Positions 9,930 through 18,973 of a stretch of 64,000 nt of DNA are shown piece by piece. This DNA is from Candidatus Latescibacterota bacterium. Its GTDB lineage: Bacteria; Latescibacterota; UBA2968; UBA8231. Position 1 is the first letter of the stretch, and every line of letters begins with the position of its first letter. Where the stretch lies: the NCBI GenBank assembly GCA_965204725.1, contig OZ242005.1, positions 4,064,001 to 4,128,000 on the forward strand, in the 5' to 3' direction. The translations under genes were made by a program, and so were the position numbers. Below the pieces are notes generated by a model that was not told where the DNA came from, did not search any database, and saw only the letters and a program-made list of their open reading frames with translations.

Positions 9930-10074
9930 CTGGATTCCCGCTTTTGCGGGAATGACGAAAGCAGAGCCGTCACCCGCGAAAGAACGTCACCCCGTGCCCC
10001 GACACGGGGCGGGAATCCAGCCGTATCGTTTAGACGCAAGGGACGACCTCCAGAGTCTTCAGGCCGCTGTCTAA
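9930..10074 (+). repeat. Inverted REP (9930-9956) plus REP and right arm of MITE family A (9968-10074)
   Basis: CTGGATTCCCGCTTTTGCGGGAATGAC; CCAGCCG.ATCGTTTAGACGCAAGGGACGACC.CCAGAGTCTTCAG matches about 23694-23740 and the reverse complement of about 12388-12436. Confidence 0.7.
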
Positions 10075-10075
10075 C

Positions 10076-10104
10076 AACCCCGCGCCTTTTCGACGCGGGG
10101 TTTT
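10076..10104. terminator. Hairpin, probable intrinsic terminator downstream of the cyclase gene
   Basis: AACCCCGCG...CGCGGGGTTTT inverted repeat. Confidence 0.45.
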
Positions 10105-10115
10105 CCATTTTCCAT

Positions 10116-11093
10116 TCAGCGGATGGCGATTGGCCGCCCCGGCGAGCCCGTGCCGCCTTTGAAGCGGGTCGGCGTAAATATAAAGAGGAACTCGTACACT
10201 TCGTCGGCCAGCACTTCTTCAAAGACCATGTTCTCCAAGTTGAAGATGCCATTCTTGGTGATGAGTTCTTGGTGAACTGGAAAGACCAGTTTAGGGTCGG
10301 GGCCGGGCACTACTTCGGTGGTCCACTGGTCTGAGCCGATCATTGAGGGCTTCATGGATATGATCCACTCGCTCGCCTCCATGCCGATGCCGGGCGGATT
10401 GGTGTTGTAGGTTTCAGGGTCCGTCCACAGCTTGGACCAGCCATAGTTGAAGAGGAGGGCGTCGCCTTCCTCAATGCTGCTTTCGGCAATCCCCTGCTTT
10501 GCGAGCGCGCCGCGAATATCGGCGACGGTAACTTCGTAGCTGTGGTCGAGGCGCTCAACGCCCTTGTACCCGGCAATGTCGATGAGCACCCCGCGGGTGA
10601 CGAAGGAGCGCACGTGTTCAATGCCCAGCTTGGTCACCCCATAAGGACTGGCCATCTCGCTGGTGGGAACGCCGTTGTAGAACACGTCTTGGGTCGAGCC
10701 ATCGGCCATCTTCATGCGCGTACCAATGTGAGCCAGCCCGTCGAACTGAGTGCCGACTTGGCCGATCTCAGCGCAGAGGAACTCGTCGTAGTACATGAGC
10801 ATGTTGTTCTCGCCGAAGGGGCCGCCGGTAGGAGAGCCGGGGGTGATCATCGCATAGGTGCGCTCGCCAAACAGCGGCATGCCGCGCTCGTATATTTGCC
10901 CTAGCTCGTACATCTTGCCGGTCTCGACTAACTGGATGGATTTGAGGATGGTTGCGGCGGTGATGCGATTGGAGGCACCGGCTTGGTCGTCGGCTCCCCA
11001 CTCCGAGGGCCACCAAGGCCCTTGTTCGCGGGTCTGGGAAAAGCACGGCAGAGACAGGGCGAGCACGAGAAGGGCCGCAGCGAGCGATTTCAT
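10116..11093 (-). CDS. Cyclase family (kynurenine formamidase-like) metallohydrolase with signal peptide
   Basis: QVGTQFDGLAH, RGVLIDI, FPVHQ.LI..NGIFNLEN and GGTGSP.RPIA motifs. Confidence 0.85.
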   Translation of the reverse strand: MKSLAAALLVLALSLPCFSQTREQGPWWPSEWGADDQAGASNRITAATILKSIQLVETGKMYELGQIYERGMPLFGERTYAMITPGSPTGGPFGENNMLMYYDEFLCAEIGQVGTQFDGLAHIGTRMKMADGSTQDVFYNGVPTSEMASPYGVTKLGIEHVRSFVTRGVLIDIAGYKGVERLDHSYEVTVADIRGALAKQGIAESSIEEGDALLFNYGWSKLWTDPETYNTNPPGIGMEASEWIISMKPSMIGSDQWTTEVVPGPDPKLVFPVHQELITKNGIFNLENMVFEEVLADEVYEFLFIFTPTRFKGGTGSPGRPIAIR

Positions 11094-11170
11094 AAGATAT
11101 GTCTTTCCTTGATAAAGGGGCGCGGAAATTTACCGCGATGGTATAAGGAAATTGAGGCCCTGAATCAAGC

Positions 11171-11623
11171 TCAGACGAACTTGACCACCACCAAGAGCAC
11201 GATGACGATCACCAGCACCGTGGGCACTTCGTTGAGGCCGCGGAAGAATTGCTCGCTCTTTTGGTTTTCGCCGCGTTCAAAAGCCTTGCGATAGGAAGAG
11301 AGCATGCCGTGGAGGGCCGCCATCACGAGTACCAGCACCAATTTGATGTGCATCCAGTAGCCAGTACCGGGTGCGCCGGCCCCTGTGGCGAGAATGAGCA
11401 GGATGCCGGTAATAAACGAAACGATCATCGCCGGGTTCATAATCACCCTCAGCAACTTGCGCTCCATGACCTTGAAGGTCTCATCGGCTTCGGAGCCTAG
11501 GGAGACTCGGCAGTGATAGACATAGAGGCGCGGCAGGTAGAGCATACCGGCCATCCAAAAGATGACGAAGGCGACGTGGATCGCTTTGAGCCACAGGTAG
11601 TACTCGCTTGCAAATGCACTCAT
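11171..11623 (-). CDS. hemJ: Protoporphyrinogen IX oxidase HemJ
   Basis: WLKAIHV..VIFWMAGMLYLPRLYVYH, MERKL...IMNPAM and NEVPT motifs. Confidence 0.93.
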   Translation of the reverse strand: MSAFASEYYLWLKAIHVAFVIFWMAGMLYLPRLYVYHCRVSLGSEADETFKVMERKLLRVIMNPAMIVSFITGILLILATGAGAPGTGYWMHIKLVLVLVMAALHGMLSSYRKAFERGENQKSEQFFRGLNEVPTVLVIVIVLLVVVKFV

Positions 11624-11638
11624 TATGGGTGAACTCCT

Positions 11639-12274
11639 CTACGCAGAGACTGCCAGCGCGGCTTCGTGGAGGACGGCGACCGTTTCGGCGTCTAGGCCCA
11701 TGTCGAGGTTGGGAATGGATTTGGGCTGGCCGATAAAGAGCGTCGCGTAAAATGTGCAGGCGGCCAGATAGGACCCGGCGAGGTTGGGATGGCTTTGGTC
11801 TTTGTCGTGCAAGACGAGATCGGGATGGGCCGCTAAACAGTGCTGCCAAGCTAGGCCCACGGGCACGACGGTCGCGCCGATTTCGCGCCCCACTTGGGTG
11901 TAGGTCTCGCTCAAGGCGGCTTGGGTCTCGGGAGCGTTTTGCCGCGCCCAAGTCATGTAGAGTACCGTCTGCGCCTTGGCCGCTTTAATTGCGGCGTCGA
12001 ACTCGCGGATGTTTTCTCCGGTGCGCTTGGGGTTTTTCACCGGCAGGGTGCTCTGCTCCTGCAATACGACGTAATCCCAGCGGGATGCCTGCAAGCGTTC
12101 GTGTGCCTCGCCTTTGTTCAAGTGCATCCTGAGCGAGGCTCCGCCGCCGCTGATGAGCTCGCATTCCAACTCGCCCTTGCCGCCGGCGTGGACGAGTTGG
12201 GCGAGGAGACCGGGCAGATCGTTGCGGGCGGTGAAGCTGTTGCCAATGAAGAGGATGCGGGTACTATTGGCCAT
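11639..12274 (-). CDS. SGNH/GDSL-type hydrolase
   Basis: ILFIGNSFT block I, WDYVVLQEQS and D.SHPN.AGSYLAA motifs. Confidence 0.85.
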   Translation of the reverse strand: MANSTRILFIGNSFTARNDLPGLLAQLVHAGGKGELECELISGGGASLRMHLNKGEAHERLQASRWDYVVLQEQSTLPVKNPKRTGENIREFDAAIKAAKAQTVLYMTWARQNAPETQAALSETYTQVGREIGATVVPVGLAWQHCLAAHPDLVLHDKDQSHPNLAGSYLAACTFYATLFIGQPKSIPNLDMGLDAETVAVLHEAALAVSA

Positions 12275-12376
12275 GGTCCGTCTGTTTGGGTTGAGGGTGT
12301 CCTGCTCAACATAACCACCGCTTCGCCTCGCGCCAAGTTGGGAGCAGCAACGGCCGCACGATGGAGCAGACGGCTG

Positions 12377-12519
12377 CTTAGAGGCTGTCTGAAGACTCTG
12401 GTGGTCGTCCTTTGGGTCTAACCGATCCCGGCTGGATTCCCGCTTTCGCGGGAATGACGGATCCTGTCTCTACGGCGTGTTCAACAGGACCCAAGGTGGG
12501 TTTTCAGACAGCCTCTAAG
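12377..12519. mobile_element. Complete MITE (family A) with IS5/IS1182-like terminal inverted repeats and an internal REP
   Basis: Perfect 17-bp inverted ends CTTAGAGGCTGTCTGAA / TTCAGACAGCCTCTAAG; internal CTGGATTCCCGCTTTCGCGGGAATGAC; no transposase. Confidence 0.75.
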
Positions 12520-13666
12520 GCAGGGCTTTGAGGAGGCGATCGATGTCCTCGTGGTTGTTGTACACCGAAGGCGAGAGGCGCATCTTGTTGCCGAAGCGCA
12601 TCGCCACATGAACATTGGCGTTCCTGCAACGGGCTAGGACCGCTTCGGGGTGTGGTGCTACGAAGGAGAGGATGGGGCTTTCGTTTCCCTTCGGCGTGAT
12701 CGATTGGTATCCCCTCTTAGGCAGTTCCTCCTGTAGGCGGTCGGTCAGGTCTCTCGCGTGGTCGCGGATTCGGTCAACTCCGAGGCGCAGGATGTATTGC
12801 AGGCTCTCTTGGGCGCACACGACGCCTTCGTACGAGGGGTAACTGACCGCGTAGGCACCGACTCCGGTCGGGGGTGAAAACGATACCTCCTCACCAGCCG
12901 CGTCGGCCTCTTCTACCCACGGGGGATAGTTGAGTGTCACACCCCCCATGGGTTGAGACGGTTTGAGCACATCGAGTTGCAGATCCGAACGCACGTACAG
13001 AAACCCGAACCCCTTTACGCCCATCAGCCACTTGAACGTCGAACAAGCCGCAAAGTCAATGCCCATCGCCTTGACGTCTATCGGAACGCCGCCCGCGGCC
13101 TGCATGATGTCGGCATACAGATACGCGCCGTTGTCGTGCGCCAGCTTGCTCAGGGCCGCGACATCTGCGACGTACCCATTGACGTTCGACACCAATGCCA
13201 CCGAGATCAGCCGGGTATTGCCGTCGACCGCGTCTGCCATGGCGTCCATGTCGATTTGCCAGTTGCGATTCTTGACGATCCGCACATCGAGACCTTGCTG
13301 GGCGCGGAACTTGTAGTTGTACAGGCAGGAGTTGAAGGCCAAGTCCGACGTCACCACGTTGCCGCCCGCCAAATGATCCCGCAAGCCGTTGAGGATATTG
13401 CTCTCCGATTCCACCGTGCTGCGCGCAAAGGCGATTTCGCTGGGGTCGGCGTTGATGAGCTGGGCGAATAGGGCGTTGGCTTGGTCTCGCGGCGGTGCCC
13501 AAGCCGGCCACCACGGCTCCCCCACCTCGTGCGCGACCCAATCGACGTATCGGTGTAGGGCCGCCGCCGAATGTACACTAATCGGATGCGACGAGGCGTT
13601 GTCGAAGTACGCCATGGTCCGCGCTCGCGGAAAGTCTTCACGCACTCTCTCGAAAAGATCGTTCAT
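12515..13666 (-). CDS. PLP-dependent class V aminotransferase/lyase
   Basis: YFDNAS, DIMQAAG and STFKWLMG (PLP Lys) motifs; no obvious desulfurase catalytic Cys loop. Confidence 0.85.
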   Translation of the reverse strand: MNDLFERVREDFPRARTMAYFDNASSHPISVHSAAALHRYVDWVAHEVGEPWWPAWAPPRDQANALFAQLINADPSEIAFARSTVESESNILNGLRDHLAGGNVVTSDLAFNSCLYNYKFRAQQGLDVRIVKNRNWQIDMDAMADAVDGNTRLISVALVSNVNGYVADVAALSKLAHDNGAYLYADIMQAAGGVPIDVKAMGIDFAACSTFKWLMGVKGFGFLYVRSDLQLDVLKPSQPMGGVTLNYPPWVEEADAAGEEVSFSPPTGVGAYAVSYPSYEGVVCAQESLQYILRLGVDRIRDHARDLTDRLQEELPKRGYQSITPKGNESPILSFVAPHPEAVLARCRNANVHVAMRFGNKMRLSPSVYNNHEDIDRLLKALP

Positions 13667-13800
13667 AGCTATCCTCGGTATAAAACCTGAATTTTACTCA
13701 AATGTGGTGGATGGTTGGTGCAAAGCAAGTTGCCACAAAAGACCCAACGCGACTAGAAACAGATCGCCGCACGCTTTTTAATCACCAGCGTCTGCGGCAG

Positions 13801-14376
13801 CTACAGATCCTTGTACCAAGTCAGTTGCACTTCGTCTAGGCCCTCGGTATGGTAGGCGTAGAGGTGGACTTGACCGAGCTTGGCTCCCATGCGGGCGTAG
13901 AAGCGGCAGGCGGCGACATTGATATTTTGGGTCTCGATCTTGAGCTGGGTGCAGCCTTGCTTCTTGGCGCAGGTCTCGGCGCGTTGGAAGAGTGCCCTGC
14001 CCACGCCTCGCCCTTGACACTCGGGTCGGACGCGGATGTCCCAGAGGCCGGCCAAGTCTTCGCGCCCTTCGCAGTAGCCTAGCCCCTCGCCGTGAAAGGC
14101 GACAATGGCTCCGCCGATGCGCTCTCGCTCCCTATACGCAGCGAGGACAATCCACCGCGAGAGGTCCCACATTTTCCGGGTCCAGCGTTCCGGGCCGCCG
14201 GAGTGGTCGTAGTCTTTGATGTAGGGCGGATCGACGGGTTCCTCAACGAGCTGAATTCCCCCCAAGCCATTGGCGACGGGTTCAACGCGAAAGCGGCTTT
14301 TCACTTCTAAGGCGATGGGCACCCGACCGTATTCGGGCAGGACGTCGATGCTTTCTTCTCGAATGCGAAAGTCCAT
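13801..14376 (-). CDS. GNAT N-acetyltransferase (SatA-like subfamily)
   Basis: WDIRV.P..QGRGVG acetyl-CoA motif; ETQNINVAACRFY. Confidence 0.85.
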   Translation of the reverse strand: MDFRIREESIDVLPEYGRVPIALEVKSRFRVEPVANGLGGIQLVEEPVDPPYIKDYDHSGGPERWTRKMWDLSRWIVLAAYRERERIGGAIVAFHGEGLGYCEGREDLAGLWDIRVRPECQGRGVGRALFQRAETCAKKQGCTQLKIETQNINVAACRFYARMGAKLGQVHLYAYHTEGLDEVQLTWYKDL

Positions 14377-14433
14377 TGGTGTTTTGGTCTGAAGGTCGGT
14401 GAAGCTGATTGGCGAGATCAGAGAATCCGCTAC

Positions 14434-15648
14434 TCAGAACGACAAGCCGATAAAGGAGTGGCTGTGATCGGCGAGCCGTGGTGACGATGACGAATTTCCG
14501 TAGTCGAACCGGGACCAACTGATCGACAGGTGTCTGGCAAGGAACTGGAGCACCCCGCGTTCGGAACGGGGCGATTTACTGTCTAGAGAGTGGGCAAAAA
14601 ACTTGAAGAGGCCATCGGACTTAACGGTCCATCCAGAGGTCTTCAAGTGAATCTCGCCATCAAAGTCGTCGTACGTTCCTCGCCGAATCGCGAGCGTTTC
14701 CAGAATCGAAATCTCAATCCCGCTCTTGTCGTCCTCAGCACGGCTCGTGATATGGACACCGTCTATCTGGGGACGGTATATCTCCTTGGAAAATGTCACC
14801 CTGCCGATAGCGAGATCGAGAGCGTCGGAGTTCCAGTCCATTCCCAAACTGCCCGACCATCCGTGCCGCCTGTTTGCTGGTAGAGGATCCGCTTGGTTCC
14901 CATTGATGTAGGCAATGATTTCACCGCCACGGTTCTGCCACGCGACGCCGACCCCGACATCGAGCTTTGGCCGGAGATGCTGTCCCAGAATAAAATCCTT
15001 TCCTGTGAAGCGTTCCAAAACACCGACCACCGGCACTACCGCCATGAGACCGAAGTCGTATGCCTTGGCGGAACCTTCTGCTTTACCCCATTCAAGGCCT
15101 GCCCCAGGTGAACCAAGGTCGGACGAAATCCTCTTGGTTGTGTAACCAACGCCTATCTCCACGACCGATCTCAACGCCAAGCTGATGCCGAAATTGTTGG
15201 ATGCCTCTACACTTGCGAAGGTATCTATTGGATTACCCCGTTCATCTGTGCGGATTTGTTCTCCTAAATCCAGCTTCGTGCGGTATCCGTAGAATGCCGC
15301 TCTAAGCCTCCCCCCGCCGAGAACTCGCTCAACTGCGGCCTGACCGGCAAAGTAATTGTAGCTCAGACCATCTGCCAACGCTGGAAGCCACGGCATCTCG
15401 CTCGGGTAGAAGCGACTCTGTAGCGTGTGTACAGGCGACGCGAGGGCTGCCGCACCGGGGTTGTAGTAACCGGCCGGCTCGTCTGGGAGAGCGACGCCCG
15501 CCTGTCCCATTCCGTTGACGCGCACCGACGGGGAGATCAGCAAGAACAGAGCCCCAGCCCTGCTTTCAGGATTTGCTTCGGCGGATTCGCCCTGTGCGAA
15601 TAGAAGGGCCGCAGCCAAAGCCGCACTGAATACTCTTGAGAATACCAT
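14434..15648 (-). CDS. PorV/PorQ-like outer-membrane beta-barrel protein
   Basis: Signal peptide; FLLISPSVR..GMG.AGVA...YYNPG; terminal Phe. Confidence 0.75.
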   Translation of the reverse strand: MVFSRVFSAALAAALLFAQGESAEANPESRAGALFLLISPSVRVNGMGQAGVALPDEPAGYYNPGAAALASPVHTLQSRFYPSEMPWLPALADGLSYNYFAGQAAVERVLGGGRLRAAFYGYRTKLDLGEQIRTDERGNPIDTFASVEASNNFGISLALRSVVEIGVGYTTKRISSDLGSPGAGLEWGKAEGSAKAYDFGLMAVVPVVGVLERFTGKDFILGQHLRPKLDVGVGVAWQNRGGEIIAYINGNQADPLPANRRHGWSGSLGMDWNSDALDLAIGRVTFSKEIYRPQIDGVHITSRAEDDKSGIEISILETLAIRRGTYDDFDGEIHLKTSGWTVKSDGLFKFFAHSLDSKSPRSERGVLQFLARHLSISWSRFDYGNSSSSPRLADHSHSFIGLSF

Positions 15649-15696
15649 AGAATTGGCTCCTTGTGGGTTATCTGCGAATGACTGGACTTTAGGCCG

Positions 15697-16614
15697 TTAG
15701 GAGGTGCTCTTACCCAGCGTGCTGCACATCGATCCAATGACGACCAATATAGTGCCGCCGATGGCGGGTGTATTGAGAGGTTCCATGGGGACTAGGTTGG
15801 GGTCGAAGAGGGCGAGTAGGCCCATCATGGCTATTGTGATCAGCGGCGTCAGCGAGACCAGCGCACCCATGCGCGAAGCCTCCATCCGCTTGAGCGATTC
15901 GGCAAAACTGAGATAAGAAACGAGGGTGAAGACGACCGAGCAGGCCAAGAGCAAGCAGGGGATGGCCGGCAGGTCGAATAGGCGGCTCGGCTGGGCTAAG
16001 GGCAGGAAAAGCAGCATCCCAAACCAATAGACCAAGGCCATGATCGAGGTCGGAGGCAGGTGGCGCAGCAGCGGCTTTTGCGCCAGCATGAAAACCCCCC
16101 AGAGGATGGCCGAGGTAAAGACGAGCCAAACGCCGAGGCCATAGTTTTCCACCACGACGACCAGTTCGGCAACGCGCTGGTTAAAAAAGAGCCCCATGCC
16201 CACGATCAGGACGCCGAGACCGACCCACTGCAAACGGCTAAAGGGTTCTTTGAAGAGAACCAGTCCGCCCAAGAGCACAACTATGGGCGAAAACTGCATC
16301 ACGATCTGCGCCGAACCCGGGGAGATGCGGCCCAGCCCCATCAGATAAGTCAGGTAGTTGCCGCCGAGGCCGAGGACGCAAACCACCGCCAGCGCCAAGG
16401 CGGCGCCGCGGACCCGAAAAGGGGAAGCAAGGCCGTAGCGAAAGTGGATGACCGGGACCAGCATGGCCCCCGCGAGTAGGAAGCGATACCAAGTAACCGT
16501 AAAGGGGTCCAGCGACTGCAACAGCAGCTTGAGTATCACGGGCAGAGCACCCCACAGCAGCAGCGTGGTAAAGGCAAGGGTCAGGCCGAGTGATCGCTGC
16601 TCCGTCCGGCCCAA
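15697..16614 (-). CDS. DMT/EamA family transporter
   Basis: About 10 TM helices; WG...V..K, RFLLA and LFKE.FS..QW.G motifs. Confidence 0.88.
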   Translation of the reverse strand: MGRTEQRSLGLTLAFTTLLLWGALPVILKLLLQSLDPFTVTWYRFLLAGAMLVPVIHFRYGLASPFRVRGAALALAVVCVLGLGGNYLTYLMGLGRISPGSAQIVMQFSPIVVLLGGLVLFKEPFSRLQWVGLGVLIVGMGLFFNQRVAELVVVVENYGLGVWLVFTSAILWGVFMLAQKPLLRHLPPTSIMALVYWFGMLLFLPLAQPSRLFDLPAIPCLLLACSVVFTLVSYLSFAESLKRMEASRMGALVSLTPLITIAMMGLLALFDPNLVPMEPLNTPAIGGTILVVIGSMCSTLGKSTS

Positions 16615-16615
16615 C

Positions 16616-17749
16616 CTAACCTCGCCTCAGCCGCTCGACGACCGCTTCATCCACCTCAATCCCCAACCCCGGCCCAGTCGGCACGCGCACAAACCCATCC
16701 TCGTGATCAAATGGCACCGCGCAGATCGTTTGGCGAATGGCATTCGGCGTCCGGTCGAACTCCATCACCGGCTCCTGCAAATAGGGCAAGGCGTTGTGCG
16801 CCGGTGGGCAGGGCGGCAAGGTGGCGGCCACGTGCAGCGTGGCAGCAATCATAACGGGCGATCCCCAGACGTGGGGATTGACCTGAATGCCGCAGGCGTT
16901 GGCCATGGCGCATATCCGCTGCATTTCGGTGATGCCGCCACAGTGCATGACGTCGGGCTGGACAATGTCGTAGGCGCGGCGCGTCAGATAGGGCTTGAAC
17001 TCGTAGCGGGTGCGCAGGTTTTCGCCGCCGGCAATAGCCATAGGTAGCGCGGCTTTGACTTCTAAATAGGCGTCGAAGTCTTGGGCGTTGACCGGCTCTT
17101 CAAACCACACCAGATCCAGCTCGGCCAGCTTTTGACCCATGCGAATCGCCGTGGTGGCGTTGTAGGCTTCGTTGGCATCAACCATGAGGTGAATGTCCGG
17201 GCCGATGGCATCCCGCAGCGCACAGACGCGCGCAACATCCTCGGCCATGGACAGTCCTCCGACCTTGGTCTTCATCCCTTTGAAGCCTTCGGCCACATAG
17301 CCCCGGGCCTCGTTGAGCAGGCGGTCGGGGAACTCGCCTGTGGTGTAGTAGAGGCCGGTGGCATAGACGGCAATTTTATCGCGGACCTTGCCGCCGAGGA
17401 GGGCACAGGCCGGAAGATCAGTGGCTTTGCCAGCGAGGTCCCAAAGGGCCATGTCGAGCGCAGAAAGGGCACTGCCCGCCAAGCCGACCGCGTTGTTGCC
17501 GTTGTAGAGCGCGTGGAACATGCGCTCCCAGAGGCCGGTGCGGTCCATGGGGTCTTGGCCGATCAGCAGCGGGGCGAGCAGGCCGTTGATGAGGTCGGCA
17601 CCCGCGCCTTCGCCCCAGCCGACGAGGCCGTCGTCCGCAATGACTTTGACGAGCGTGGTGCTCCGTGCGTCGAGCCAGCCCTGAGACCAGCCAAAGGGGT
17701 GCTCAAGGGGGGCGATGAGGTCGAAGGTTTTGATGGCAGCGATTTTCAT
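16616..17749 (-). CDS. Mandelate racemase/muconate lactonizing enzyme family protein
   Basis: DMALWDLAGK, KTKVG, MVDAN, WFEEP, GEN, QPD and PTGPGLGIE motifs; ATG 17749. Confidence 0.92.
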   Translation of the reverse strand: MKIAAIKTFDLIAPLEHPFGWSQGWLDARSTTLVKVIADDGLVGWGEGAGADLINGLLAPLLIGQDPMDRTGLWERMFHALYNGNNAVGLAGSALSALDMALWDLAGKATDLPACALLGGKVRDKIAVYATGLYYTTGEFPDRLLNEARGYVAEGFKGMKTKVGGLSMAEDVARVCALRDAIGPDIHLMVDANEAYNATTAIRMGQKLAELDLVWFEEPVNAQDFDAYLEVKAALPMAIAGGENLRTRYEFKPYLTRRAYDIVQPDVMHCGGITEMQRICAMANACGIQVNPHVWGSPVMIAATLHVAATLPPCPPAHNALPYLQEPVMEFDRTPNAIRQTICAVPFDHEDGFVRVPTGPGLGIEVDEAVVERLRRG

Positions 17750-17827
17750 AAGAGGTCTCTGAGGTTGACAGGCGTCGAGGGGCAATGAAATATAGGGTAT
17801 TCAAATTTGCCGATAAAGGAGGCGACC

Positions 17828-18973
17828 GTGAAAATTACCGCGGTAAAATTGCGGGTGTTGGAAGACCCAAGCCACAGGGGAAGCGGCGGCCATAGTATCG
17901 CACGGGTAGAGGGGCTGAGGAGGATACAATACACGCATCGAGGAAGGCCGGATCGGGAATCGCGTCCGGTGCGACAGAGCTTTTTGGAGGTGCATACCGA
18001 CGAAGGGATTGTGGGGCGCAGCGATACGTCGATGACGCCCTATCAGGCCGACATCGTGCGGTATCACGCGCTGGGGCGGAGCCCGTGGGAACGCGAGGGG
18101 TTGTTTCAGCAGTTTTGGAAGGGAACCCGGTGGGTGTACCAGCCTCCGGGGTGGTTTGGAGCGTTTGACAACTGTCTGTGGGACATTTTGGGCCAAGCTG
18201 CGGGGCTGCCGGTCTATGCGTTGGTGGGGCGCGTGCGGCCGCGACTGCCCGCGTATCTGACCGGCGGAGACGCGGATATAGAGGGGTATCTCAGGGCCAT
18301 AGAGACCGGCCGGGACATGGGTATTGGCGCGTACAAGTTTCACACGTATAAAGGAGGCAAGGCCGATATTCCCATTTACCGGGCGGTGCGGGATGCCGTA
18401 GGGCCGGATTACGATTTGATCACCGATCCAGTGTGCTCCTATAACTTGCGCGAAGCCCTAGAGGTGGGGCGCGTGCTAGAGGAACTGGATTTTGTGTGGT
18501 TGGAAGAGCCGATGCACGAGCAAAAGATGAATCAATATCAGGAGCTGTGCCGAGCGTTGACCATTCCGGTGATGGGGACCGAGATGCTGATGCACGACAT
18601 CGATTTGACGGCGCAATGGCTGATCCAAGGGGCGACCGACCGGCTGCGGGGCAATGCCCGGCATGGCACCACGCAGGTGCTCAAGCTGGCGCATCTGGCC
18701 GAGCTGCACGGCGCGAATATCGAACTAAATGGCGGCGGGGCGTTGGATGGGCTGGTACACGCGCACTTGGGCTGCTGTATCGACAACACGGATTTCTACG
18801 AGTTTTTCGGGGCAACAGCCGACAGCTTGCGGCAGACCGGAGCGCGCTGGGGTTTGCTCAATGCGCCCTTGATTGAGGAAGGGCACATCGCACCCCCAGA
18901 GGGGCCGGGCTGGGGCGCGGAGTGGGACGAGGAGAAGTTCAACTCGCTGGTCGTTAAAGAGCACGACGCATGA
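17828..18973 (+). CDS. Enolase-superfamily (mandelate racemase-like) enzyme
   Basis: AAGGAGG plus GTG start; DNCLWDILG, YKFH, WLEEP and PEGPGWG motifs. Confidence 0.85.
   Translation: MKITAVKLRVLEDPSHRGSGGHSIARVEGLRRIQYTHRGRPDRESRPVRQSFLEVHTDEGIVGRSDTSMTPYQADIVRYHALGRSPWEREGLFQQFWKGTRWVYQPPGWFGAFDNCLWDILGQAAGLPVYALVGRVRPRLPAYLTGGDADIEGYLRAIETGRDMGIGAYKFHTYKGGKADIPIYRAVRDAVGPDYDLITDPVCSYNLREALEVGRVLEELDFVWLEEPMHEQKMNQYQELCRALTIPVMGTEMLMHDIDLTAQWLIQGATDRLRGNARHGTTQVLKLAHLAELHGANIELNGGGALDGLVHAHLGCCIDNTDFYEFFGATADSLRQTGARWGLLNAPLIEEGHIAPPEGPGWGAEWDEEKFNSLVVKEHDA

Noticed and set aside
12515-13666. Cysteine desulfurase (sufS/iscS) assignment
   Set aside because: The catalytic Cys loop (RxGHHC or SSGSAC) is not seen; kept as generic class V PLP enzyme.
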